From the NCBI GenBank assembly GCA_050944155.1, contig JBMNQN010000003.1, positions 47,250 to 111,249 of the forward strand: 64,000 nucleotides of DNA, read 5' to 3'. Positions 29,212-37,521 of the stretch are shown here, one piece after another. The position numbers and the translations under genes were made by a program. This DNA is from Candidatus Methanomethylophilaceae archaeon (GTDB lineage: Archaea > Thermoplasmatota > Thermoplasmata > Methanomassiliicoccales > Methanomethylophilaceae). Every line of letters starts with the position of its first letter. Position 1 is the first letter of the stretch. Under the pieces are notes generated by a model, which saw only the letters and a program-made list of their open reading frames with translations, did not search any database and was not told the origin of the DNA.

Positions 29212-29646
29212 TTACGTCCAGGTGTTTTTAACCGTCCCGTACACCTTTCTGCCTATCAGGTAAAGAATAACGAAGGCGACCGTAAAAGCGGCACATGCAA
29301 CCAGAAGCCCGGTTCTTATTTCGGGTCTCGTAAACAGACCGATTGCCGACAATGCGGCCATGAATGCGGAAAATACCAGCAGGGCGTACAAAATCGTGAC
29401 GGATTTGGATTTTTTCGAAATAACCGCTGCCGCGAGAACGGCGGCAATGCCGGTTACGAGCAGCATCCAAGAAACCAGAACATCATCGCTTTCTGCGGTA
29501 AAACCGCCCGACAGCATGCCCGAAAGATATTCGAAGACCGACCTTCCCGCAAGCGATGCCCCGGAAATAATCAATATCAATGTAACGAATGTGTTCTTCC
29601 GAGGGGCTGCTAAACAGACCGTCGTTCTTCTCCATAAAACTGCCAA
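29212..29646 (-). CDS. 4-TM membrane protein (start uncertain; possible 5' frameshift)
   Basis: Four hydrophobic segments fill the intergenic gap. Confidence 0.6.
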   Translation of the reverse strand: MAVLWRRTTVCLAAPRKNTFVTLILIISGASLAGRSVFEYLSGMLSGGFTAESDDVLVSWMLLVTGIAAVLAAAVISKKSKSVTILYALLVFSAFMAALSAIGLFTRPEIRTGLLVACAAFTVAFVILYLIGRKVYGTVKNTWT

Positions 29647-29771
29647 GTTATGCGGAAATTTAAAAGAATGTTTTTCGGCAGCGGAAACGCATTTCTCACG
29701 TACGGTACGGGCGGGAAATCAAGGGGCAATCGGAATAATATATCGGCAATACCATCCAATCTCCCGACGAA

Positions 29772-31571
29772 ATGGACAATATACGGAAGAAAGTCGGCGA
29801 AGAAGCCGAAAGAGGATGGATCGGACCCAATACGGAATGCGATTACCATTGCTGCCACTTTTCCGGGCAGGACTGCACGTTCTGCTACTGTCCGTTTTAC
29901 CCCTGCGGAGACGAGAAACTGGGAAAATACATCGAATCCCGCCGCGGAAAGAGAATCCTGGACTGTTCCGACTGTCTGTTCATACACAGGACGGAAGTGG
30001 GAAAATACGTAATGGAAAGGATAAGGGAAAAGGGATTCGAGAACTGCGGTCCAGAGGAAATGAGGAAGATTTTCCTGGATGCCAAAGAAAAGTACTGGCG
30101 CAGGGGAAAGGCCCTTATGGTTTTGGGTGCCACGTCGGATGCGGGAAAATCGTATACCGTCGCCGCTCTGTGCAGAATTCTTCACAGACGGGGATTAATC
30201 GTCGCCCCGTTCAAATCGCAGAACATGAGTTTAAACGCAAGAGTGACCAGAAAAGGGTACGAAATAGCCATGGCCCAGTACCTTCAGGCGGTGGCCGCGG
30301 GTCTTAAAAACCCCGACGAGCACATGAATCCGATACTGATGAAGCCCATGGGAGACACCAAATCCCAGGTGATGGTCGAAGGCAGGTTCTTCGCAAATTA
30401 CGACGTCGAATCGTATTACGGCGAATTCGTCCCCGGTCCCGGAACCGAGGCGGTAAAAAGGAACATAGATTTTCTTCTCGACCGTTACGACACCGTTGTG
30501 ATGGAGGGCGCGGGTTCCCCCGCCGAGATCAACATTTACGACAGAGACATAGCGAACATGAAAGCCGCGGAACTCGCGGATGCCGACTGCATACTCGTCG
30601 TGAACGCGGAATGGGGCGGTTCCTTTGCTTACGCCGTAGGGACAATCGATCTCATACCGGAAAAAGACCGCAGGAGAATCAAAGGAATCCTTATCAACAA
30701 CGTCAGAGGCGACACCGAAAGGATGCGTCCCGGAGCGGAAGAGCTGGAAAAAATCACCGGAATACCAGTTCTGGGAATAATTCCCCACGGGGATGCGGTT
30801 CTGCCCAGCGAAGATTCCGAAAGATTCCGCGGTTCGCGTACCGCCGGAAACGGAAAAATAAAGATTGCCACAGTGAAATTTCCCAGAATAGCAAACTTTA
30901 CGGATCTGGATCCCCTCATACTCGAAGACGTTACCGTCGTTTTCGCGGAAACGCCCGAAGATTTCGAAGACGCCGACGCGGTAATAATTCCCGGAACCAA
31001 GAACACTGTATCCGATCTGCTATGGATGAAAGAAACGGGAATCGCGGAAAAAATCACGGAACTGAAAGGAAAAATTCCCGTTCTGGGTATCTGCGGAGGG
31101 TACCAGATGATGGGTAAGGTTCTTTCGGATCCCGAAGGCATCGAAGGACTCCGTATCCAGGAAACCGAAGGACTGGGATTTTTCGAAAGTTCCACGGTAT
31201 GGAAACCCGGCGTAAGCATCGTGTCCCAATGCAGAGGAACCATACTTCCCGACGGGGGCATGGTGACCGGATTCGAGACCCATGCGGGAATAACGTCGTC
31301 GGAAGAATCCCCGCTTTTTAAGATAGAAAAGCATTCCGGAGACGTTTGCGAAGGTTCGGTACGGGAAGACGAAATGCTGTTCGGAACCTATCTGCACGGG
31401 GTGTTCGAATCCAAGGATTTCAGAAGATATTTCCTCTCTTTCGCGGGCGCGGAAAACGCCGGCACGGAAGATTATTCCGAATACCTGAACAAAAATCTGG
31501 ATAAGCTTGCGGACGTTTTCGAAAACGCTCTGGATATGGACGCTTTGATGAAACTGGCGGTGCGCGGATGA
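29772..31571 (+). CDS. cobQ: Cobyric acid synthase CobQ with N-terminal cysteine-rich (zf-like) domain
   Basis: GATSDAGKS, PFKSQNMSLN, EGAGSPAEIN, GATase GICGGYQM and GTYLHG; N-terminal CDYHCCH..DCTFCYCPFYPC..DCSDC..IH. Confidence 0.93.
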   Translation: MDNIRKKVGEEAERGWIGPNTECDYHCCHFSGQDCTFCYCPFYPCGDEKLGKYIESRRGKRILDCSDCLFIHRTEVGKYVMERIREKGFENCGPEEMRKIFLDAKEKYWRRGKALMVLGATSDAGKSYTVAALCRILHRRGLIVAPFKSQNMSLNARVTRKGYEIAMAQYLQAVAAGLKNPDEHMNPILMKPMGDTKSQVMVEGRFFANYDVESYYGEFVPGPGTEAVKRNIDFLLDRYDTVVMEGAGSPAEINIYDRDIANMKAAELADADCILVVNAEWGGSFAYAVGTIDLIPEKDRRRIKGILINNVRGDTERMRPGAEELEKITGIPVLGIIPHGDAVLPSEDSERFRGSRTAGNGKIKIATVKFPRIANFTDLDPLILEDVTVVFAETPEDFEDADAVIIPGTKNTVSDLLWMKETGIAEKITELKGKIPVLGICGGYQMMGKVLSDPEGIEGLRIQETEGLGFFESSTVWKPGVSIVSQCRGTILPDGGMVTGFETHAGITSSEESPLFKIEKHSGDVCEGSVREDEMLFGTYLHGVFESKDFRRYFLSFAGAENAGTEDYSEYLNKNLDKLADVFENALDMDALMKLAVRG

Positions 31572-32389
31572 AAATAATGTTTCTGGGAACCTCTTCCGGA
31601 GCGGGAAAGACCACTCTGTGCGCAATGTACTGCAGATATCTTCACAAAAAAGGAGTTAAAGTCGCTCCGTTCAAGGCCGTGAATCTTTCGTCCGTTTCGT
31701 ATAAAACCGAAGACGGGTACGAAATCGGCATAGGGCAGGCGCTTCAGGCGGCCGCTTCCGGAACAAAACCCGTACCGGACATGAACCCGGTCCTTCTGAA
31801 ATATTCCGACGGCAAACTTTCCGTATACACGGAAGGAAAAAGGCAATCGGAAATAAAGTCAGGTCAGTTTTTGGATACGGAGTCCGCATTGTCTGCGGCG
31901 GTATCCTCTTTCGACCGTCTTTCCTCGGAATACGATGCGGTCGTGTGCGAAGGTTCCGGTTCTCCCGCCGAACTGAACATGCGGGACAGGGACATAGCGA
32001 ACACAGGAATGATGCGGGAAAGGAACATTCCGGCGGTTCTTACGGGCGACATAGAGCGCGGCGGAGTGTTCGCGGCGCTGTACGGAACGTGGAAGCTTAT
32101 GCCGGACGACATCAGGCCTTTGGTGAAAGGATTCGTCATCAACCGTTTCAGAGGAGATCCGAAACTTCTGGCTTCGGGAATCGAACGCATCGAATCCCTT
32201 ACGGGAATGAAATACCTCGGGACAGTGCCGTACGCTTCCTTCCCGCTTCCGGAGGAAGATTCTCTTTCCTCCCCCGGTAAGGACAATTCCGCGGATATCG
32301 CGCGTTCGGTGGAATATCTGGACAAAATGATTGAAGCCGCCGAAAATTCCGGTTTCTATTTTTCTCTTTTCGAAAAAGTATACGGGTGA
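31568..32389 (+). CDS. Second, short CobQ paralog (synthetase domain only, no glutaminase domain)
   Basis: GTSSGAGKT, PFKA.N, MNPVLLK, EGSGSPAELN, DIERGGVFA, INRFRGD, LPEEDS, then a short tail. Confidence 0.85.
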   Translation: MKIMFLGTSSGAGKTTLCAMYCRYLHKKGVKVAPFKAVNLSSVSYKTEDGYEIGIGQALQAAASGTKPVPDMNPVLLKYSDGKLSVYTEGKRQSEIKSGQFLDTESALSAAVSSFDRLSSEYDAVVCEGSGSPAELNMRDRDIANTGMMRERNIPAVLTGDIERGGVFAALYGTWKLMPDDIRPLVKGFVINRFRGDPKLLASGIERIESLTGMKYLGTVPYASFPLPEEDSLSSPGKDNSADIARSVEYLDKMIEAAENSGFYFSLFEKVYG

Positions 32390-32584
32390 TTATCCGCCGG
32401 ACGCGATTTTTATCGCGTTTATTTCCATACCGTCCTCGAGAACGGTGTCCGAAGGAACGGGAACTCCTTTTTTGAGGTAAAGAAATGCGTTGGGAAGCAG
32501 ACCGCAGGAAACCACAGCCTCGCTAAGCGTAATGCCTGCGTCTACGCCGTGTCTTTTCCCCTGAATTATTATCGCTGCAGCCAT
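32390..32584 (-). CDS. Ubiquitin-like beta-grasp protein (ThiS/MoaD/SAMP family)
   Basis: 64 aa ending in IASGG; GGAGA SD upstream. Confidence 0.85.
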   Translation of the reverse strand: MAAAIIIQGKRHGVDAGITLSEAVVSCGLLPNAFLYLKKGVPVPSDTVLEDGMEINAIKIASGG

Positions 32585-32605
32585 ATTCTCTCCAACCGTG
32601 TTCTT

Positions 32606-33598
32606 TCAGATATTCTTTTCCGATTCTTCGTATCTGTGACAGTATCTTTTGACCGATTCGGTGCTGCCGTCGGCAATGATTCTGCGATAAAATAATTCGA
32701 CGGCTTCCGAAGGAGTCATGTTCAGATCCCGGAGTACTTTTTCGGCTTCGGTTTTTACGGTACGGTCTATCTCCGCTTCCACGGGTGCAACGTCGTCGGA
32801 ACGCATTTCAAGGAGAACTTCGCCGTATACGCGGGAAACGTATTCGTTGAACATCATTCCCTTTTTCTTAGCTGCTTTTCTTATCAAATCCGAGGATTTC
32901 GAACCGTATTGGGAGGATTTTTTCTTCATTTCCGCTATGTACGGGTACCCCAGATCCGAGGCTATTTCCCTGAGAACCGATTTTCTGGAATCCATGTCTT
33001 CCGGTTTAAGTTCCGACGGGTCGAGTTTCTCCGCGAGGGAAATCACCTTTTCGTCGAGATACGGGTAGACTATTTCCTTGCCGAACGACGCGGCTATGCG
33101 TTTTTCGCTGGGAACAGACACTCTGTGAAGCCGTTCCGCGCTGCTTTTTCTTTTTTTCTCGTATTCTTCGTAAGAGCAGTTTACGAATTTGGCGCACCCC
33201 ATGAAGTATTCGTCCGCTCCCTGTCCGGTAAGTACGGTTTTTTCCTTCATTGCCCTGCATACGCAGAAGAGGGGCATTTCGTACGAAACCGTGAAAGGGT
33301 CGGCCGTTACCGCGGCGGGTATCATCTCTCTGATTATGTCTTCGACGGTATCTTCGGAAATAGGGACATGAGTCCAGGGAAGACCGAGTTTTCCGGAAAG
33401 ATATTCCGCTTTCGCAACATCGTAAGAGTCGTCGGTTCCGCAGGTGTAAAGATGTACTGATTCCGCGTATTTTTCGGCAACGGCCGCAACAAGTCCGGAA
33501 TCCAAACCGCCGGAAAAGGCAACGCCTATCTCTTTGCCTTCCACTTTTTCCTTTACGGATTCCACCAGAGCGTCTCTTATGTCCGCGTATCTGAACAC
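32606..33598 (-). CDS. Asparagine synthase-related PP-loop ATPase (no glutaminase domain) with C-terminal RelB/DinJ-like RHH domain
   Basis: AFSGGLDSG, LTGQGADEYF.G, YPYLD, RK..LR, KKSSQYGS; tail EAEIDRTVKTEAEKVLRDLNMTPSEAVELFYRRII. Confidence 0.8.
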   Translation of the reverse strand: MFRYADIRDALVESVKEKVEGKEIGVAFSGGLDSGLVAAVAEKYAESVHLYTCGTDDSYDVAKAEYLSGKLGLPWTHVPISEDTVEDIIREMIPAAVTADPFTVSYEMPLFCVCRAMKEKTVLTGQGADEYFMGCAKFVNCSYEEYEKKRKSSAERLHRVSVPSEKRIAASFGKEIVYPYLDEKVISLAEKLDPSELKPEDMDSRKSVLREIASDLGYPYIAEMKKKSSQYGSKSSDLIRKAAKKKGMMFNEYVSRVYGEVLLEMRSDDVAPVEAEIDRTVKTEAEKVLRDLNMTPSEAVELFYRRIIADGSTESVKRYCHRYEESEKNI

Positions 33599-33716
33599 AG
33601 ACCGGGCTACGCGGGGGCAGTAAATAAAGAAATCCTCCGGATACAGTGTTTTTTGTCATCGGTTCGGGAATCAGCGTTTCGATGCGGACAGTTTATAACC
33701 GATAGTTTACGATTCG

Positions 33717-34313
33717 GTGACCGTGAAATGCGCTCCGTTGGCAGTTCTGCTTCTGATTCCCGCGGTAATTTTGATTCCGTATGCGGAAATCGGCGGAGAC
33801 GAGGCGGACGGAGAGGATAATCTTCGTGTGTATTTTCAGTCCCAGGGCGTTAACGTTTTGATGAGCGTGGACGGAGAAGAGTGCACAGAGCTCACGGATT
33901 CCCCTGCGGGTCTGCGCGGTTTCGAAATTCCCTCGGGTTCGAAGGCAACGGTGACGCTGAGCTCGGACAGATACGTGATGTCGGGGCTGAAGATAATCCC
34001 GTACGTTCCGCTGTACGACGGGGGAAAAGGCGAATCCGTTCCGTTGGATATCAAAACGGTTTACGAATCCGAGGACGGTCATACGGCAACCGCGGAAATC
34101 GATTTCTCGACTCTTGGTTCCGAAAAATCTGTACAGCTTTGGTTGGTTTCCGAGGAGCTGTTCCCAGAACCGGGACCGACTTCCGCGGAAACCGCGGTGA
34201 ATCTTTGGCCTATTTACGTCCCCGTCGCGGGGCTGATCTCCGCAATTGTTTTTCTGTTTGTTGCCATACGTCTTTTCGGATTCGGAAAAGAATCCCCGGA
34301 GGCAGAAGAGTGA
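33717..34313 (+). CDS. Exported protein with C-terminal TM anchor
   Basis: N-terminal signal-like helix and C-terminal hydrophobic helix; stop overlaps the next start. Confidence 0.7.
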   Translation: MTVKCAPLAVLLLIPAVILIPYAEIGGDEADGEDNLRVYFQSQGVNVLMSVDGEECTELTDSPAGLRGFEIPSGSKATVTLSSDRYVMSGLKIIPYVPLYDGGKGESVPLDIKTVYESEDGHTATAEIDFSTLGSEKSVQLWLVSEELFPEPGPTSAETAVNLWPIYVPVAGLISAIVFLFVAIRLFGFGKESPEAEE

Positions 34314-34918
34314 GCACGCTGAACGATTTCTTTCATGACGACAAAATATACGTTTTGGATACCGAAACAACCGGACTTAAGGGGGCTCCGGCAGACGTTG
34401 TCGTGGATATAGGAGTATGCGAAACCGATTTGGAAAAGGGAACCGTGAAACCCGTTTATTCTTCGATTGTGGGTCACGATACCGAAAAATGGAACGATTA
34501 CAGAAAAACCGCATGGATTTTTCAGAACACGGATCTTACCCTCGAAGCGGTCGACGACGCGCCTCCTTTCGATAAGGTCGCTTCCGACGTGAGAAAACTT
34601 CTCAGGGGACGGAACGTAACCTCGTACAACACGGGATACGACATGGGCAAATTCCTTTATCTGGAGCCGTGGAGCATGAAAGGTCTTTTCAAAGAATGTA
34701 CGGACATCATGAAAGCGGCTACCCTGGTGTGTAAAATTCCCAGCGAGTATTACGGATGCGATTACAGATATCCGAGACTTGACGTGGCTTACTCGATGAT
34801 CGTCGACGGAGATCCCGCGGGAATCGAGGGAAAACAGGACCACCGCGCGCTCTCTGACGCTGTAGTAGCATCGTACGTCATGATTCAGATGTACAGGGAC
34901 GGGAATTACTCTCCCTGA
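34310..34918 (+). CDS. DEDDh 3'-5' exonuclease (DnaQ-like)
   Basis: VLDTETTG, YNTGYD, HRALSDA; GTG start at 34310. Confidence 0.9.
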   Translation: MSTLNDFFHDDKIYVLDTETTGLKGAPADVVVDIGVCETDLEKGTVKPVYSSIVGHDTEKWNDYRKTAWIFQNTDLTLEAVDDAPPFDKVASDVRKLLRGRNVTSYNTGYDMGKFLYLEPWSMKGLFKECTDIMKAATLVCKIPSEYYGCDYRYPRLDVAYSMIVDGDPAGIEGKQDHRALSDAVVASYVMIQMYRDGNYSP

Positions 34919-37500
34919 GAGTCATCCATCATCGATTCTTCGTTTTCCTTTCTCAGTTTTTCGGCGAATTTCTTTTCGGTCCATTCGGCGAGGAAGGCGA
35001 ATTTGCCGCTGCGCAGTGCCCGTCTGGTCACGGCGAACCAAACCAGCGCCAAAGCAATCACGGGGATGTAAAACTCAACGGGGAATGTTGCGGTCATAAG
35101 CAACGTTACGACATATACTCTGGCTTCTGACACGAAGAATACGGCGGCGAAAGCCAAAAGGAGAAGCAGAACCAATACAGTGGGACGCAGGTCTTTGGTG
35201 GTTTTTCCGTCGATGGACAGCCATTTGACGACGGGCTGAACCATGAGAAGTTCCAGAATACCCGCGAGTGTTATGAAGAACAGCATCGCATTGCGCGCGT
35301 TCACCCTGTTGAGATCCGCTTCGAACATCTCCGGAGTCGTATTGGATCCCGATATATGCAGCGACTGTATGAGGGTCTCGTAGCTTATTCCGCAGGAATC
35401 GGCCATGGCGTGATAGTCTATGTTTATGAAATGTCCCGTGCCGAAATAGAACACGGCGTAAACGGCAATTCCGAACATGGATATCAGAAATGCGGCGGGA
35501 ACGGCGAATTTTATGACGTTGGGAAGAACCGGTTCTTTGTTGCTGTCCGGCTGGGCCCATAAGGTCATCAGGAACGCATACGCCGACACGGTGAGGAACG
35601 CGTACATCGCGTTCTGCACCGGAAGCAGTGGTGCGGGATTGTTGAATATGAGGAGAACGAAAATGATGATGAACATGAGGACGAAGTTTCTGGTAAGGTA
35701 AACTTTGAGTATGTCCCTCATTCCGGAAACCGTTCTGCGCCCTTCCCTAAGGGCTTTCGGCAGAGCTCCGAAGTTGTCTTTCATAAGAACGATATCCGCG
35801 GCGCCCCTGGCGGCTCCGCTTCCGCTTTCCAGGGAAACTCCCACGTTCGCGGCTTTGATGGCCTTCACGTCGTTCACTCCGTCGCCGACCATTGCCACGT
35901 ACCGTCCGGAGTTTTTCAGCGAATCCACTATGATTTCTTTCTGCTCCGGTTTCATTCTTCCGAAAATATTGGTTTCCAGTATCGCTCTGTCCCTCTCTTC
36001 CCCTTCGAGGGTATCAAAACGATCTCCGGTAATCATCTTTCTTTCTCCCGGAATGTTTGCTATGCTGAAAAGGGCGTCCACGGTCTCCGGGTCGTCTCCC
36101 GAAACCACTTTGATTTCGATTCCGTTTTCCATGAAGAAATCCATGGTTTTCCTGCAGTCGGAACGGACTTCGTCGGCTATGGAGGCGATTCCTATGAGAG
36201 TCATCCCGCTGTGTATGACCGGTTCTTCGTTTTCGTAAAGGCTTCCGTTTCCTTTGCATAAAGCGACGGTTCTTAGCCCTTTCTTCGACAGGCCGGAAAC
36301 AATTTCCGATATTCCCTCGGAATCGGAAACGTATTTTTCCAGAACCGACCAGGCTCCCATGTAAATTACGTATTCTTCGCCGTCCTTTTCTGTGCGTACG
36401 GCGCTGAATTTTCTCTCGGAAGAGAACTGCACTTCTTCTACGAGGGTGCTTTTCTCGGTGCCGAATGTTTCCGCAAGCACCTGTACCGTTCTGTTTTTGC
36501 TTCCGGTCGCTTCTGCGAAAATGCGTATAAGTTTTTCCGCTTCCTCTTTGTCCGTATAATAAATGAAATCTTCGAAAATCAGACGATTGGTGGTTATCGT
36601 CCCGGTCTTGTCCATGCACACCGTGTCAACGTGACTCATGGCTTCCACCGAGTTCGCACGCTGGAGAAGAACTCCAGAATCGGCCATGCGCAGGGCAGCT
36701 ATCATGTACGTCAGCGTAATCAGAAGAAACAGGGCGATGGGAACGATATCGAGAATTATCGTTGCGGTTCTCAGTGCTTCTCCCAGCGAAGAGTATTTGC
36801 CGGTTATTATGCTGAATATGATTTCGATGACGAAAATGATGCCTGCGATAGAAATCAGAAGTTTTGTGACGGAATTGGTTTCGATTTGCAAAGGGGTGAG
36901 TTTTCTTTTGTAAGTGCGGGCACTGGTCAGCATCTTGGATGCGAACGTATCGGGTCCCAGTGCATCCGCTCGGAAATACGCTTCTCCGCTTATGCAAAAA
37001 GAACCGGAATAAATTGTATCTCCGATTTTTTTCCTTACTGCGCTGGATTCTCCGGTGAGAGCGGATTCGTCCATTTCCAGGGAACGCTGTGCCAGAAGTT
37101 CTCCGTCCACGGGCGCTTGATCTCCGGAAGCCAGGTGAATTATGTCGTCCTTCACGATTTCCGTCTGGTCTATTTCGACTTTTACGCCGTCCCGTATGAC
37201 GTTCACCTTGGGACGCAGAAGTAGAGCAATCTTGTCCAGTCTGCGCTTGGCGCGGATTTCCTGAACGGTGGAGACGAGAATGTTGAGGGCGATGATACCC
37301 GTGGCGGAAATGGCGCTGATAATGTCGTCAACCAGGTAAAGAGCGATACCCAGAATGACGAGTACCATGTTGAACCAGTTGAATACGTTTTCAATGATGA
37401 TGCTCTTGTAGCTTCTGCTGACTTTGGATTCAACGGTGTTAACCAACCCGGAGGCTTTCCTTTCGGAAACCTCCTTGCCGGTAAGGCCGTTCAAATCCAT
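34906..37500 (-). CDS. P-type ATPase (CtpE-like) with atypical M4 motif PIAL
   Basis: TGES, DKTGT, SGD, GDGVND; multiple TM helices. Confidence 0.92.
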   Translation of the reverse strand: MDLNGLTGKEVSERKASGLVNTVESKVSRSYKSIIIENVFNWFNMVLVILGIALYLVDDIISAISATGIIALNILVSTVQEIRAKRRLDKIALLLRPKVNVIRDGVKVEIDQTEIVKDDIIHLASGDQAPVDGELLAQRSLEMDESALTGESSAVRKKIGDTIYSGSFCISGEAYFRADALGPDTFASKMLTSARTYKRKLTPLQIETNSVTKLLISIAGIIFVIEIIFSIITGKYSSLGEALRTATIILDIVPIALFLLITLTYMIAALRMADSGVLLQRANSVEAMSHVDTVCMDKTGTITTNRLIFEDFIYYTDKEEAEKLIRIFAEATGSKNRTVQVLAETFGTEKSTLVEEVQFSSERKFSAVRTEKDGEEYVIYMGAWSVLEKYVSDSEGISEIVSGLSKKGLRTVALCKGNGSLYENEEPVIHSGMTLIGIASIADEVRSDCRKTMDFFMENGIEIKVVSGDDPETVDALFSIANIPGERKMITGDRFDTLEGEERDRAILETNIFGRMKPEQKEIIVDSLKNSGRYVAMVGDGVNDVKAIKAANVGVSLESGSGAARGAADIVLMKDNFGALPKALREGRRTVSGMRDILKVYLTRNFVLMFIIIFVLLIFNNPAPLLPVQNAMYAFLTVSAYAFLMTLWAQPDSNKEPVLPNVIKFAVPAAFLISMFGIAVYAVFYFGTGHFINIDYHAMADSCGISYETLIQSLHISGSNTTPEMFEADLNRVNARNAMLFFITLAGILELLMVQPVVKWLSIDGKTTKDLRPTVLVLLLLLAFAAVFFVSEARVYVVTLLMTATFPVEFYIPVIALALVWFAVTRRALRSGKFAFLAEWTEKKFAEKLRKENEESMMDDSQGE

Positions 37501-37521
37501 ATCCCTGCCAATAAAGTGTCT

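Noticed and set aside
32378-32389. C-terminal VYG of the short CobQ as an HbYX motif
   Set aside because: Metabolic enzyme with no flexible tail; likely chance.
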